Position numbers and translations under genes: made by a program. A stretch of 64,000 bases of DNA. It comes from an uncultured delta proteobacterium (lineage in GTDB: Bacteria > Myxococcota > Myxococcia > Myxococcales > Anaeromyxobacteraceae). The notes beneath the pieces are model-generated. The model was not told the origin of the DNA. It did no database searches and saw only the letters and a program-made list of their open reading frames with translations. The DNA lies in the NCBI GenBank assembly GCA_963814585.1, contig CAWFDF010000004.1, positions 224,001 through 288,000 of the forward strand. The letters are read 5' to 3'. Below, piece after piece: positions 28,477-39,853 of the stretch (positions are counted from its first letter, which is position 1; every line of letters starts with the position of its first letter).

Positions 28477-29428
28477 CGAAGGCTCCCAGCCGGCGCGCCA
28501 GCGCCAGGTAGAGGGCGACCACGACGATGGGGACGGCGGTGAAGGCGGCCGCCATGGGCACGTTCCCCACCGAGCCCTGAAGCGTGTAGACCATGGTGCC
28601 GACGAAGAGCCCGGGGGGGCCGATCAGCTGCGGGATGATGTAGTCACCCAGCGTGAGCGAGAAGGTGAAGATGGAGCCGGCCACCACCCCGGGGAAGGCC
28701 AGCGGCAGCAGCACGTTCCGGAAGGTCTGCCCCGGGCGCGCCCCCAGGTCGGCCGAGGCCTGCAGGAGGTTCTGCGGCACCCGCTCGATGGCCGCCTGCG
28801 TCGGCAGGATCATGTAGGGGAGCCAGACGTAGGTGAAGACCAGGAAGCGGCCGAGGTTGGAGGTGGAGAGCGACGAGCCGCCCACCACCGGCCAGGTGAG
28901 CACCTCGTCGAGGGCCCCGCGCAGGCCGAGCTGCCCGGCGAACCAGTAGATCAGGCCGCCCTTGGCGAGGATCACCGTCCAGGCGTAGGCCTTGACGATG
29001 TAGCTCGCCCACATGGGCAGCATCACCGCCACGTAGAGGAAGCCCTTCATCGACCCGGTGGCGTGGCGCGCCATGTAGTAGGCGATGGGGAAGGCCAGCG
29101 CCGCGCAGGCCAGCGTCACCGCCGTGGCCATGGCCAGCGTCCGCAGCACCACGTCGAGGTTGGCGGCGTCGAGGAGGGCGCGGTAGTTGGCCCAGGTGAG
29201 CTCGGGGACCACCGCCATGGTGAAGTCGTCGAAGGTGTAGGCGCTCTGCCAGACCAGCGCCAGGAGCGAGCCCAGGTAGACCACCCCGAACCAGAGCAGC
29301 GGCGGCGCCAGGAGCAGCAGCAGCGCCAGGGACCGGCGCCGGTAGAGGAAGCTGGAGAAGCGGCGCGGCAGCCCGCTCCACGCTGGCGCCGGGCTCGCGC
29401 CGGCGGCGGTGACGGCCGGGGGCGTCAT
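28466..29428 (-). CDS. Polyamine-type ABC transporter permease (YdcU/PotB-like)
   Basis: [28 protein letters not shown]. Confidence 0.92.
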   Translation of the reverse strand: MTPPAVTAAGASPAPAWSGLPRRFSSFLYRRRSLALLLLLAPPLLWFGVVYLGSLLALVWQSAYTFDDFTMAVVPELTWANYRALLDAANLDVVLRTLAMATAVTLACAALAFPIAYYMARHATGSMKGFLYVAVMLPMWASYIVKAYAWTVILAKGGLIYWFAGQLGLRGALDEVLTWPVVGGSSLSTSNLGRFLVFTYVWLPYMILPTQAAIERVPQNLLQASADLGARPGQTFRNVLLPLAFPGVVAGSIFTFSLTLGDYIIPQLIGPPGLFVGTMVYTLQGSVGNVPMAAAFTAVPIVVVALYLALARRLGAFDAL

Positions 29429-29432
29429 GGCC

Positions 29433-30446
29433 TCAGGCCACCGCGTCCAGGGCGACCATGGCGCCACGGGCCCAGGCCAGCTGCACCGGCTCGCCGGGCC
29501 GTGGGCCGGCGGGCTCGGTCCCCTCCTGGTTGGGGACGCTGGCCGAGAACCTGGTCCCGTCGACGTCCACCTCGTAGCGGCTCACCGGCCCGTGGTACTG
29601 CACGTCGACGAGCCGCCCGGTGACGCCGACCTGGCCGTCGGCCGGTGGGCCGAGGCGGATGTGCTCGGGGCGGATGGAGACCGGGCCGGCCGCGCCCGCC
29701 AGGCGCAGGGCCAGCGCGCCCTCGAGCACGTTGGCGGTTCCCACGAAGCCGGCCACGAAGGCGGTGCGCGGGCGGGTGTAGAGGTTGCGGGGGGTGTCCA
29801 CCTGCTCCAGCCGCCCCTGGTGGAAGACCGCCACCCGGTCGGACATCGAGAGCGCCTCGCCCTGGTCGTGGGTGACGTAGACGAAGGTGATCCCGAGGCG
29901 GCGCTGCAGCCCCTTGAGCTCGGTCTGCATCTGCTCCCGGAGCTTGAGGTCGAGCGCCCCCAGCGGCTCGTCGAGCAGCAGGACCCGCGGCTGGTTGACC
30001 AGGGCACGGGCCAGGGCCACCCGCTGCCGCTGGCCGCCGGAGAGCTGCCCGGGCCGTCGGTCCCCCAGGCCCCCCAGGGCCACCTGCTCCAGGGCCGCCT
30101 CGGCGTCGCGGTCGCGGGCGCGGCGCCCGACGCCCTTCACCCTCAGGCCGTAGCCGACGTTCTCCAGCACCGAGAGGTGCGGGAAGAGGGCGTAGTCCTG
30201 GAAGACCGTGTTGACGTCCCGCTCGTAGGGCGGGAGCGCCGAGGCGTCCTGGCCGTGGAGCACGATCCGGCCGGCGTCGGGGAGATCGAAGCCGGCGATG
30301 AGCCGCAGGCAGGTGGTCTTCCCGGAGCCGGACGGACCCAGCATGGAGAAGAACTCCCCGTCCTCGATGGCCAGCGACACGCCGTCCACGGCGCGCACGC
30401 TGCCGTAGTGGCGGCTCACCTGCTGGAGCTCGACCGCGACGCTCAT
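29433..30446 (-). CDS. Polyamine-type ABC transporter ATP-binding protein (YdcT/PotA-like)
   Basis: GPSGSGKT, LSGGQRQR, LLLDEPLGALD, TOBE-like C-terminus; start MSVAVEL at 30446. Confidence 0.94.
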   Translation of the reverse strand: MSVAVELQQVSRHYGSVRAVDGVSLAIEDGEFFSMLGPSGSGKTTCLRLIAGFDLPDAGRIVLHGQDASALPPYERDVNTVFQDYALFPHLSVLENVGYGLRVKGVGRRARDRDAEAALEQVALGGLGDRRPGQLSGGQRQRVALARALVNQPRVLLLDEPLGALDLKLREQMQTELKGLQRRLGITFVYVTHDQGEALSMSDRVAVFHQGRLEQVDTPRNLYTRPRTAFVAGFVGTANVLEGALALRLAGAAGPVSIRPEHIRLGPPADGQVGVTGRLVDVQYHGPVSRYEVDVDGTRFSASVPNQEGTEPAGPRPGEPVQLAWARGAMVALDAVA

Positions 30447-30508
30447 GGGGGTCCGGGAGACGGGGCGCCGGGGCCGCCCGGCGGCGGGCCCCGGCGCGGT
30501 GCGCGGTG

Positions 30509-31651
30509 CTAGCGGCCACCCATGATGGCGATGTAGTCGGTCACCCAGCGGCTGTAGGGCACGCAGGCGCGCTGGCCGCACTTGGCGGTCGGCGTCTTCC
30601 AGAAGCGGATCTCGGCGAAGCGGTCGAAGCCGTTCACCTTGCAGAAGTCGGTCCCGCCCGGCGCCTTCTCCTGGCAGGCCGCCGGCACCACCGGCGCCGA
30701 TCCGAACCACTCCGCCAGCGCGGACTGCGGCTTGGTCCCCAGCGACCACTCCATCCACTTGTAGGCGCAGGTGACGTGCTTGGCGTCGGCGTGGAGCATG
30801 GTGGTGTCGGCCCACCCGGTCGACCCCTCCACCGGGATGGTCGAGGCGATCGGCTGCTTCTCGGCCTGCAGGGCGTTGACCATGTAGCCCCAGGAGCTGG
30901 AGGCGGCCACGCCCTCGTTCTTGAAGTCGCTCATCTGCACCGTGGCGTCGTGCCAGTAGCGGTGGACCAGCGGCTTCTGGCCGCGCAGCACCTCGAGCAC
31001 CGCCGCGTACTGCTTCTCGTCGAGCTCGTAGGGGTCCTTGATGCCGAGCTCGGGGCGCTTCCGGGCCAGGTAGAGGGCGGCGTCGGCCACGTAGATGGGG
31101 CCGTCGTAGGCCTGCACCCGCCCCTTGTTCGGCTTGCCGTCGGGGAAGGCCTGGGCCTCGAAGACCACCGCCCAGCTGGTGGGCGGGGTCTTGAAGACGT
31201 TGGTGTTGTACATGAGCACGTTCGGCCCCCACTGGTAGGGCACGCCGTAGCGGACCCCGCCGACCACGTACCAGGGCGCGTCCTGCAGCCGCGCGTCGAC
31301 GGTCTTGAACGAGGGGATGAGCGCGGTGTTGACGGGCTGGACCTTCTTGCCCGCCACCAGCCGGAGGCTGGCGTCGCCGGAGGCGGTGACCAGGTCGTAG
31401 CCGCCCTTGTTCATGAGGGCGACCATCTCGTCCGAGGTGGCGGCGGTCTTGACGTTGACCTTGCAGCCGGTCTCCTTCTCGAACTGGGTCACCCAGTCGT
31501 AGGCCTTGTCCGACTCGCCGCGCTCGATGTAGCCGGGCCAGGCCACGATGTCGAGTCGCCCCTCGGGCTTGCCGAGGGCGGTGGGCGGTGCGGCCAGGGC
31601 CTGGGAGGCCGCGAGCAGCGCAGTGGTGACGACGAGCCTGTACGTGAGCAT
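30509..31651 (-). CDS. Polyamine-type ABC transporter substrate-binding protein (YdcS-like)
   Basis: Signal peptide; EGRLDIVAWPGYIERG...YDWVTQFEKETGC...YIAIMGGR closely resembles E. coli YdcS. Confidence 0.92.
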   Translation of the reverse strand: MLTYRLVVTTALLAASQALAAPPTALGKPEGRLDIVAWPGYIERGESDKAYDWVTQFEKETGCKVNVKTAATSDEMVALMNKGGYDLVTASGDASLRLVAGKKVQPVNTALIPSFKTVDARLQDAPWYVVGGVRYGVPYQWGPNVLMYNTNVFKTPPTSWAVVFEAQAFPDGKPNKGRVQAYDGPIYVADAALYLARKRPELGIKDPYELDEKQYAAVLEVLRGQKPLVHRYWHDATVQMSDFKNEGVAASSSWGYMVNALQAEKQPIASTIPVEGSTGWADTTMLHADAKHVTCAYKWMEWSLGTKPQSALAEWFGSAPVVPAACQEKAPGGTDFCKVNGFDRFAEIRFWKTPTAKCGQRACVPYSRWVTDYIAIMGGR

Positions 31652-31698
31652 GGCGTGGTTCCTTTCCGGATGGTCCAGCCGAGGTGCCGGCTACCATG

Positions 31699-31714
31699 AG
31701 CACCTCCTGTGCCA
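31699..31714 (-). promoter_or_regulatory. Sigma54 -24/-12 promoter of the ydcS-like operon
   Basis: Minus strand TGGCAC-AGGAG-GTGCT, about 50 nt before the start codon. Confidence 0.75.
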
Positions 31715-31830
31715 TATGGTCCGGATCGGTCCTGATCAGCCAAGAGTTGGCATCAACTCAGGAAAGGGCCGGCCGTTCTCCAGGCCGCCGGGAGTCTGCC
31801 AGCACCCCGCCTATGCTCGGTTGCCATTTT

Positions 31831-31845
31831 CATGCGTAATGGCAT
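31831..31845. promoter_or_regulatory. Candidate enhancer (UAS) CATGC-N6-GCAT
   Basis: CATGCGTAATGGCAT; weaker second site ATGC-TCGGTT-GCCA at 31813-31826. Confidence 0.6.
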
Positions 31846-31854
31846 AGATCGCTG

Positions 31855-33630
<1,776 letters not shown>

Positions 33631-33655
33631 GGCCTGGTGCCCCGATCCAGGGCGC

Positions 33656-33670
33656 CATGCAGCGCTGCAT
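33656..33670. promoter_or_regulatory. Candidate enhancer (UAS) CATGC-N6-GCAT
   Basis: C followed by the perfect palindrome ATGCAGCGCTGCAT, about 180 bp upstream of the gabD promoter. Confidence 0.6.
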
Positions 33671-33847
33671 CCCGCCCTGGCCCGGGTCGGTGGCTTCGGC
33701 CCCGGCGAGGCGACGGTGCCGGCGCACCAGCCTGGCCCGTCGAGCGGGCGGTACCCGGCGAAAGCCGTGTGGCGTCGGCCGCGTCGCGCCGTCCCGCCGC
33801 GGGGCGGCGCGGGAGCGGCGCCGGTGACCCTCCGCCCGGTCTCCGGG

Positions 33848-33863
33848 TGGCACGCTTCTGGCT
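33848..33863 (+). promoter_or_regulatory. Sigma54 -24/-12 promoter of gabD-gdh-gabT
   Basis: TGGCAC-GCTTC-TGGCT; predicted +1 falls within a few nt of the GTG start. Confidence 0.7.
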
Positions 33864-33875
33864 CTTCGGGCGGCC

Positions 33876-35342
33876 GTGGCCATCACGGTTCCCCTGAAGG
33901 ACGAGTTCCTGCTCCGGCAGCGCGGCTTCATCCGCGGCGCCTGGTCGGACGCGTCCGACGGCCGCACCATCACCGTCAGGAATCCCGCCAGCGGCGCCGT
34001 CATCGGTACCGTCCCGCGCATGGGAACCGAGGAGGCCCGGCGGGCCGTGCGGGCCGCCGCCGACGCCCTCCCCGCCTGGCGGGCCCGGACCGCCATGGAG
34101 CGCGCCGCCATCCTGCGCGCATGGTTCGAGCTGATCATGGCCAACCGGGAGGACCTGGCCACGCTGATGACGGCCGAGCAGGGCAAGCCCATGTCCGAGT
34201 CGCGCGGCGAGGTCGCCTACGCCGCCGGCTTCATCGAGTGGTTCGCCGAGGAGGCCAAGCGCGTCTGCGGCGACACCCTGCCCCAGCACCAGGCCGACAA
34301 GCGGCTGCTGGTGCTCAAGTCGCCCATCGGCGTGGTGGCCGCCATCACCCCCTGGAACTTCCCCGCCGCCATGATCACGCGGAAGGCCGGGCCGGCGCTG
34401 GCGGCCGGCTGCACGATGGTGCTCAAGCCGGCCAGCGCCACGCCCTTCTCGGCCCTGGCGCTGGCGGAGCTCGGCGAGCAGGCCGGCCTCCCACCCGGGG
34501 TCTTCAACGTCGTCACCGGGGACGCCTCGGCCATCGGCCAGGAGCTGACCACCAACCCCATCGTCCGCAAGGTCACCTTCACCGGCTCGACCGAGGTCGG
34601 CAAACAGCTGATGGCGCAGTGCGCCTCGACGGTGAAGAAGGTGTCGCTGGAGCTGGGCGGCAACGCCCCCTTCATCGTCTTCGACGACGCCGACCTCGAC
34701 GCCGCCGTGGTGGGCGTCATCCACAGCAAGTACCGCAACAGCGGGCAGACCTGCATCTGCACCAACCGGGTGCTGGTGCAGGACGGGATCTACGACCTCT
34801 TCGCCAGGAAGCTGTCCGCCGCCGTGGCCGAGCTCAAGGTGGGCGACGGCCTGAAGGCGGAGACTCAGCAGGGGCCGCTCATCGACGAGGGCGCGGTCCG
34901 GAAGGTGGAGGAGCACATCGCCGACGCCGTCGCCAGGGGCGCCTCGGTGGTCACCGGCGGACGCCGCCACGCGCTGGGCGGCACCTTCTTCCAGCCCACC
35001 GTCATCACCAACGTGACGCCGGCCATGATGGTGTCGCGGGAGGAGACCTTCGGCCCGCTGGCGCCCCTCTATCGCTTCAAGACCGAGGAGGAAGCCATCC
35101 AGATGGCCAACGACACCGAGTTCGGCCTGGCCTCGTACTTCTACACCCGCGACCTGGCCCGGTCCTGGCGGGTCTCGGAGCGGCTCGAGTGCGGGATGGT
35201 CGGCCTCAACACCGGCCTCATCTCCACCGAGATCGCCCCGTTCGGCGGGGTCAAGGAGTCGGGCACCGGGCGCGAGGGCTCGAAGTACGGCATCGAGGAG
35301 TACCTCGAGCTCAAGTACGTCTGCGTCGGAGGCATCCAGTGA
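33876..35342 (+). CDS. gabD: NAD(P)-dependent succinate-semialdehyde dehydrogenase
   Basis: ITPWNFPAAMITRK, FTGSTEVG, LELGGNAP, RNSGQTCICTNR, EETFGP, GREGSKYG. Confidence 0.96.
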   Translation: MAITVPLKDEFLLRQRGFIRGAWSDASDGRTITVRNPASGAVIGTVPRMGTEEARRAVRAAADALPAWRARTAMERAAILRAWFELIMANREDLATLMTAEQGKPMSESRGEVAYAAGFIEWFAEEAKRVCGDTLPQHQADKRLLVLKSPIGVVAAITPWNFPAAMITRKAGPALAAGCTMVLKPASATPFSALALAELGEQAGLPPGVFNVVTGDASAIGQELTTNPIVRKVTFTGSTEVGKQLMAQCASTVKKVSLELGGNAPFIVFDDADLDAAVVGVIHSKYRNSGQTCICTNRVLVQDGIYDLFARKLSAAVAELKVGDGLKAETQQGPLIDEGAVRKVEEHIADAVARGASVVTGGRRHALGGTFFQPTVITNVTPAMMVSREETFGPLAPLYRFKTEEEAIQMANDTEFGLASYFYTRDLARSWRVSERLECGMVGLNTGLISTEIAPFGGVKESGTGREGSKYGIEEYLELKYVCVGGIQ

Positions 35343-38300
35343 GCCGGGAGCCCGTGGTGCCCGGGACGCCATCGCCCCCGCTCGACCAGAGCGTGGAGCT
35401 GGCCATCGGCGCGCTCGCCGGGGAGGCCAGCCGCGGCTACCGCTGGCTGCGCGACTTCGCCCCCAACGCCTTCGCCAGCACGCTGCGCGAGGACGCTGGC
35501 ATCCTGGCCTCGCTGGCGGCCGGCCTGCCGCGCCTGGCCTCCGACCGCGAGCTGATCCTGGTGGACCGGGATCGCGAGCTGACGCTGGCCCGGCTCGACC
35601 GGCCCGGCTCGGTCTTCGAGACGCTGAAGGGAATCGAGGACCGCGAGATCGCCTCGTCGGAGATCTTCCACTCCGACGCCGCCGTCCCCGGCGCCGACGC
35701 CGGCCTGGAGGTGCACCGGTACGAGTTCGCCGCGCCGGACGGCGCGCCGGGCGCCACGCCGTCGGAGGCGCTCCCCTCCCGGGTCCGCGCCGACATCCGC
35801 GCCGCCGCCGCCGAGCGCCACGCCGACCTCCGGGCCGGCGCGCTGGACGAGGCGCTGGACCTGCTCTGGATCGACAACCCGCGCTGGGTGCGGCTGGCCC
35901 CGCCCGCCGACGTGGCCCAGCTGGCCTGGCTGCTCCACGAGTGCCGGGCCCGAGGCGGGTTCTTCCTCGACCTGGTGGAGCGGGAGGGCGCCGGCGAGCG
36001 GCTCGAGTCGACGGTGCTCTTCGCCATGGCCAGCCCGCCCCCACGCGGCTTCCTCATGCAGGTCACCGAGGTGCTCAACGCCCTCAACCTGGGGTTGCGC
36101 CGCTCCCTGGCGCTCTCGGCCACCGCCGACGGCCAGCGCTACCTGCTGGCCAGCTTCCGCGTCGCCCACCGTGAGGGACTGCCGCTGACCCGCGGCGGAG
36201 AGCTCTTCCGCCGGCTGCGGCGCCAGCTCTTCGCCACCCAGATCCTGTCCATCGAGTCGCCGACCTATCGCGACTTCGTCCTGCCGCGGCTGATGACGGC
36301 CGAGGAGGCCGGGCTGGTCAACGCCTTCATCGGCTTCTGCCACACCCAGTGCGCCCACAACCAGACCGACAACTACACCTACGAGGACGTGGTCCGGGCC
36401 TTCCACTTCCACCCCGACATGTCGCTGCGGCTGGTGCGGCTCTTCAAGGTCCGCTTCGACCCCGACCGGCGCGACCGCGACACCGCCTGGCCGGCCGAGC
36501 TGGCCGAGGTGGAGCGCGAGGTGGCGGCCTACAACACCGGCCACCGGCGGCTCGACGAGTTCCGCCGCTCGCTCTTCCAGGTCGCGCTCACCTTCATCAA
36601 GCGCACCCTCAAGACCAACTTCTTCGTGGACGAGAAGCACGCCCTGGCCTTCCGCCTCGACCCGGCCTACCTCGAGGACCTCGGCCCGACCTTCACCGCC
36701 GACCTGCCCCCGGAGCGCCCCTTCCGCGTCACCTTCTTCGCGGCCCGCTACGGGCTCGGCTACCACGTCGGCTTCGCCGACATCGCCCGGGGCGGCTGGC
36801 GCACCATCTTCGCCGACACCCGCGACGACTACGTCACGGTGGCCAACAGCCTGTTCCGGGAGAACTACGTGCTGGCCCACACCCAGCACCTCAAGAACAA
36901 GGACATCTACGAGGGCGGGTCGAAGATGGTGGTGGTGGTGCACGTCCCGGGGCGGCGGCTGCCGGCGGCGCAGGCGCCGCTCCTCCACAAGGTGCAGCGC
37001 GCCTTCATCAACGCCTTCCTCGACGTCTTCGTCACCGACGGCGGGGTGGCGCGCGATCCGCGGGTGGTCGACCACTACCGCGAGGACGAGCCCATCGAGC
37101 TCGGCCCCGACGAGAACATGCACGACGTCATGATCGAGGAGATCGCCCGCATCTCGGTCAGGCGCGGCTACCTGCTCGGCGCCGGCGTGATGTCGTCCAA
37201 GAAGGTGGGCATCAACCACAAGGAGTTCGGGGTCACCTCGACCGGGGTGATGGCCTTCGCCGAGATCGCCATGGCCGAGCGCGGCGTCGACGTGCGCGCC
37301 GACCCCTTCTCGGTGAAGTTCACCGGCGGGCCCAACGGCGACGTGGCCGGCAACGCCATGCGGCTGATGCTGGAGCGCTGCCCCGGCGCCGCCATCCGGC
37401 TCATCGTCGACGGCACCGGGGCGCTGGTCGACCCGGCCGGCCTCGACCGCGAGGCGCTCTCCCGGATCGTGCTCCGGGAGGACGCCGCCGCCTTCGACGC
37501 CGGCCGGCTCCATCCCGGCGGCTTCGTCCTCTACCGCGACCAGCGGCGCGCCGACGGCCTTCGCCAGCTCCACCGGCGGCTGGAGATGACCGCCGCCGGG
37601 CTGCGCGAGGACTGGGTGACGCTCGACGAGTTCCACCAGGAGTTCAACACCCTGCTCTTCCGCGTCCCCGCCGACCTCTTCATCCCGGCCGGCGGCCGCC
37701 CCGAGACCATCGACGCGGGCACCTGGAGGCAGTTCCTCGGCCAGGACGGGAAGCCCAGCGCCGGCGTCATCGTCGAGGGGGCCAACTCCTTCATCACCCC
37801 GGAGGCGCGCCAGCGGCTCCAGGAGGCGGGGGCGGTCCTGCTGCGCGACGCCTCGGCCAACAAGTGCGGCGTCATCTCCTCGTCCTACGAGATCATCGGC
37901 AACCTGCTCCTCGACGAGCCCGAGTTCCTGGCCCACAAGGCGGCCTACGTCCGCGACGTGCTGGAGATCCTGGAGCGCCGCGCCACGGACGAGGCCCGCC
38001 TCATCTTCAAGCGCCACCGCGAAGCCGGCGGGGCGAGGAGCTTCACGGCCATCTCCGAGGCGCTCTCGGTCGAGATCAACGAGCACAAGGCCCGCCTCTT
38101 CCGGTTCTTCCAGGCCCACCCCGAGGTCCAGCTGGAGCCACCGTACCTGGCGGCGCTGCTGGCCCACCTGCCGCGCCTGGTCCGCGACACCCCGGCCTTC
38201 CGGGATCGGGTGCGGCGGCTGCCGCCCAAGTACCGCTCCGCCATCCTGGCCGCCGAGATCGCCACCACCCTGGTCTACCGGCGCCCGCTCGAGCCCGACT

Positions 38301-38389
38301 TCGGGGCGGCCCTCCACGCCTACGTCGAGCAGATGTTCTCCTCGCCGGTTCGAGGGCGCCCGGGGGCGCCGGAAGGAGCTGGATCATGA
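35339..38389 (+). CDS. Large (~1016 aa) NAD-dependent glutamate dehydrogenase
   Basis: DIARGGWR, KNKDIYEGGSK, GPDENM, GINHKEFGVTS, GGPNGDVAGN, PAGGRP, EGAN, DASANKCGVISSSYE; GTGA-coupled to gabD. Confidence 0.88.
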   Translation: MSREPVVPGTPSPPLDQSVELAIGALAGEASRGYRWLRDFAPNAFASTLREDAGILASLAAGLPRLASDRELILVDRDRELTLARLDRPGSVFETLKGIEDREIASSEIFHSDAAVPGADAGLEVHRYEFAAPDGAPGATPSEALPSRVRADIRAAAAERHADLRAGALDEALDLLWIDNPRWVRLAPPADVAQLAWLLHECRARGGFFLDLVEREGAGERLESTVLFAMASPPPRGFLMQVTEVLNALNLGLRRSLALSATADGQRYLLASFRVAHREGLPLTRGGELFRRLRRQLFATQILSIESPTYRDFVLPRLMTAEEAGLVNAFIGFCHTQCAHNQTDNYTYEDVVRAFHFHPDMSLRLVRLFKVRFDPDRRDRDTAWPAELAEVEREVAAYNTGHRRLDEFRRSLFQVALTFIKRTLKTNFFVDEKHALAFRLDPAYLEDLGPTFTADLPPERPFRVTFFAARYGLGYHVGFADIARGGWRTIFADTRDDYVTVANSLFRENYVLAHTQHLKNKDIYEGGSKMVVVVHVPGRRLPAAQAPLLHKVQRAFINAFLDVFVTDGGVARDPRVVDHYREDEPIELGPDENMHDVMIEEIARISVRRGYLLGAGVMSSKKVGINHKEFGVTSTGVMAFAEIAMAERGVDVRADPFSVKFTGGPNGDVAGNAMRLMLERCPGAAIRLIVDGTGALVDPAGLDREALSRIVLREDAAAFDAGRLHPGGFVLYRDQRRADGLRQLHRRLEMTAAGLREDWVTLDEFHQEFNTLLFRVPADLFIPAGGRPETIDAGTWRQFLGQDGKPSAGVIVEGANSFITPEARQRLQEAGAVLLRDASANKCGVISSSYEIIGNLLLDEPEFLAHKAAYVRDVLEILERRATDEARLIFKRHREAGGARSFTAISEALSVEINEHKARLFRFFQAHPEVQLEPPYLAALLAHLPRLVRDTPAFRDRVRRLPPKYRSAILAAEIATTLVYRRPLEPDFGAALHAYVEQMFSSPVRGRPGAPEGAGS

Positions 38390-39651
38390 GCGACAACGCG
38401 AGCCTCAAGGCGCGCCGGGAGGCGGCCACGCCGCGCGGCGTGGGCATCACCACCCCGTTCTTCGTGAAGCGCGCCGAGAACAGCGAGCTCTGGGACGTCG
38501 AGGGCCGGCGCTACGTCGACTTCGCCGGCGGCATCGCCGTCCTCAACACCGGGCACCGCCACCCGCGGGTGGTGGCCGCGCTGCGGGCCCAGCTCGACGC
38601 CTTCACCCACACCGCCTACCAGGTGGCGGCGTACGAGTCCTACGTGTCGCTGGCCGAGCGGCTCATCGGGCTCACGCCGGGGCGGCACGCCAAGAAGGCC
38701 ACCTTCTTCTCCACCGGCGCCGAGGCGGTGGAGAACGCCGTCAAGATCGCCCGGGCCGCCACCGGGCGGCCCGGCGTCATCGCCTTCTCCGGGTCCTTCC
38801 ACGGCCGGACCATGATGGGCATGGCGCTCACCGGCAAGGTGGCGCCCTACAAGATCGGCTTCGGCCCCTTCCCGGGGGACGTCTGGCACATCCCCTTCCC
38901 GATGGCGCTGCACGGCGTCACCGTGGCGGAGTCGATCGAGGCCCTCCACCGGCTCTTCAAGGCCGACGTCGACCCGAAGCGGGTGGCGGCCATCATCATC
39001 GAGCCGGTGCAGGGCGAGGGCGGCTTCTACCCGGCGCCGCCGGCGCTCATGAAGGCGCTGCGCTCCGAGTGCGACGAGCACGGCATCCTGCTCATCGCCG
39101 ACGAGATCCAGACCGGCTTCGCCCGGACCGGCCGCTGGTTCGCCATGGATCACCACGACGTGCTCCCCGACCTGATGACGGTGGCCAAGTCGCTGGGGGC
39201 CGGGCTGCCCATCTCCGGGGTGGTCGGCCGCGCCGAGCTGATGGACGCGCCGGCTCCGGGCGGGCTGGGCGGCACCTACGCAGGCAACCCCATGGCCATC
39301 GCCGCGGCCCACGCCGTGCTCGACGTCATCGAGGACGAGAAGCTGGTGGACCGGGCCAACCTGCTCGGCGGCCGGCTCACCGCCCGGCTCGAGAAGCTCA
39401 GGGGCCGGGTCCCGGGCATCGCCGAGATCCGCGGCCCGGGGGCCATGCTGGCGGTGGAGTTCATGAAGCCCGGCGCCGGGCCCGACGCCGATCTCGCCAG
39501 GCAGGTCCAGGCCCGGGCGCTGGAGCAGGGGCTGGTGCTCCTGACCTGCGGCATCCACGCCAACGTCATCCGCTTCCTCTTCCCGCTCACCATCCAGGAT
39601 GCGGTCTTCGACGAAGGCCTGGCCATCCTGGAGAAGGCCCTGACGGCGTGA
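38386..39651 (+). CDS. gabT: 4-aminobutyrate--2-oxoglutarate aminotransferase
   Basis: DFAGGIAVLNTGH, TGAEAVENAVK, ALTGKVAPYK, EPVQGEGG, DEIQTG, GGTYAGNP; ATGA-coupled. Confidence 0.95.
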   Translation: MSDNASLKARREAATPRGVGITTPFFVKRAENSELWDVEGRRYVDFAGGIAVLNTGHRHPRVVAALRAQLDAFTHTAYQVAAYESYVSLAERLIGLTPGRHAKKATFFSTGAEAVENAVKIARAATGRPGVIAFSGSFHGRTMMGMALTGKVAPYKIGFGPFPGDVWHIPFPMALHGVTVAESIEALHRLFKADVDPKRVAAIIIEPVQGEGGFYPAPPALMKALRSECDEHGILLIADEIQTGFARTGRWFAMDHHDVLPDLMTVAKSLGAGLPISGVVGRAELMDAPAPGGLGGTYAGNPMAIAAAHAVLDVIEDEKLVDRANLLGGRLTARLEKLRGRVPGIAEIRGPGAMLAVEFMKPGAGPDADLARQVQARALEQGLVLLTCGIHANVIRFLFPLTIQDAVFDEGLAILEKALTA

Positions 39652-39668
39652 CCACCACGTCCCCAGGC

Positions 39669-39684
39669 CATGCGCGACCGCATG
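39669..39684. promoter_or_regulatory. Candidate enhancer (UAS) CATGC-N6-GCAT
   Basis: CATGCG-CGAC-CGCATG palindrome; half-matching second site GGGC-GTTCTT-GCAT at 39690-39703. Confidence 0.6.
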
Positions 39685-39798
39685 ACGCAGGGCGTTCTTG
39701 CATTGGGCGGCACCCTCTGACCAGATCCCCTCGAGTGCCAACCGCCCGTCATCAGGAGCACACGCACATTCCCCTGCACGTCGCACTTCTGCTGGTCA

Positions 39799-39814
39799 TG
39801 GCACATCAAATGCT
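39799..39814 (+). promoter_or_regulatory. Sigma54 -24/-12 promoter of potFGHI-porin
   Basis: TGGCAC-ATCAA-ATGCT, 40 nt before the ATG. Confidence 0.75.
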
Positions 39815-39853
39815 GTTCACTTGCTACCCCATCGTGAACCCGGAGGCTTGAGC

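Noticed and set aside
33716..38389. Apparent 1557-aa protein, and similar long fusions (12984-16274, 17311-19734, 29433-31715, 36349-39651, 52863-55556, 55318-57894)
   Set aside because: The ORF caller extended to the first upstream start through a stop-free off-frame of the neighbouring gene. Real starts are internal, often at stop/start overlaps.
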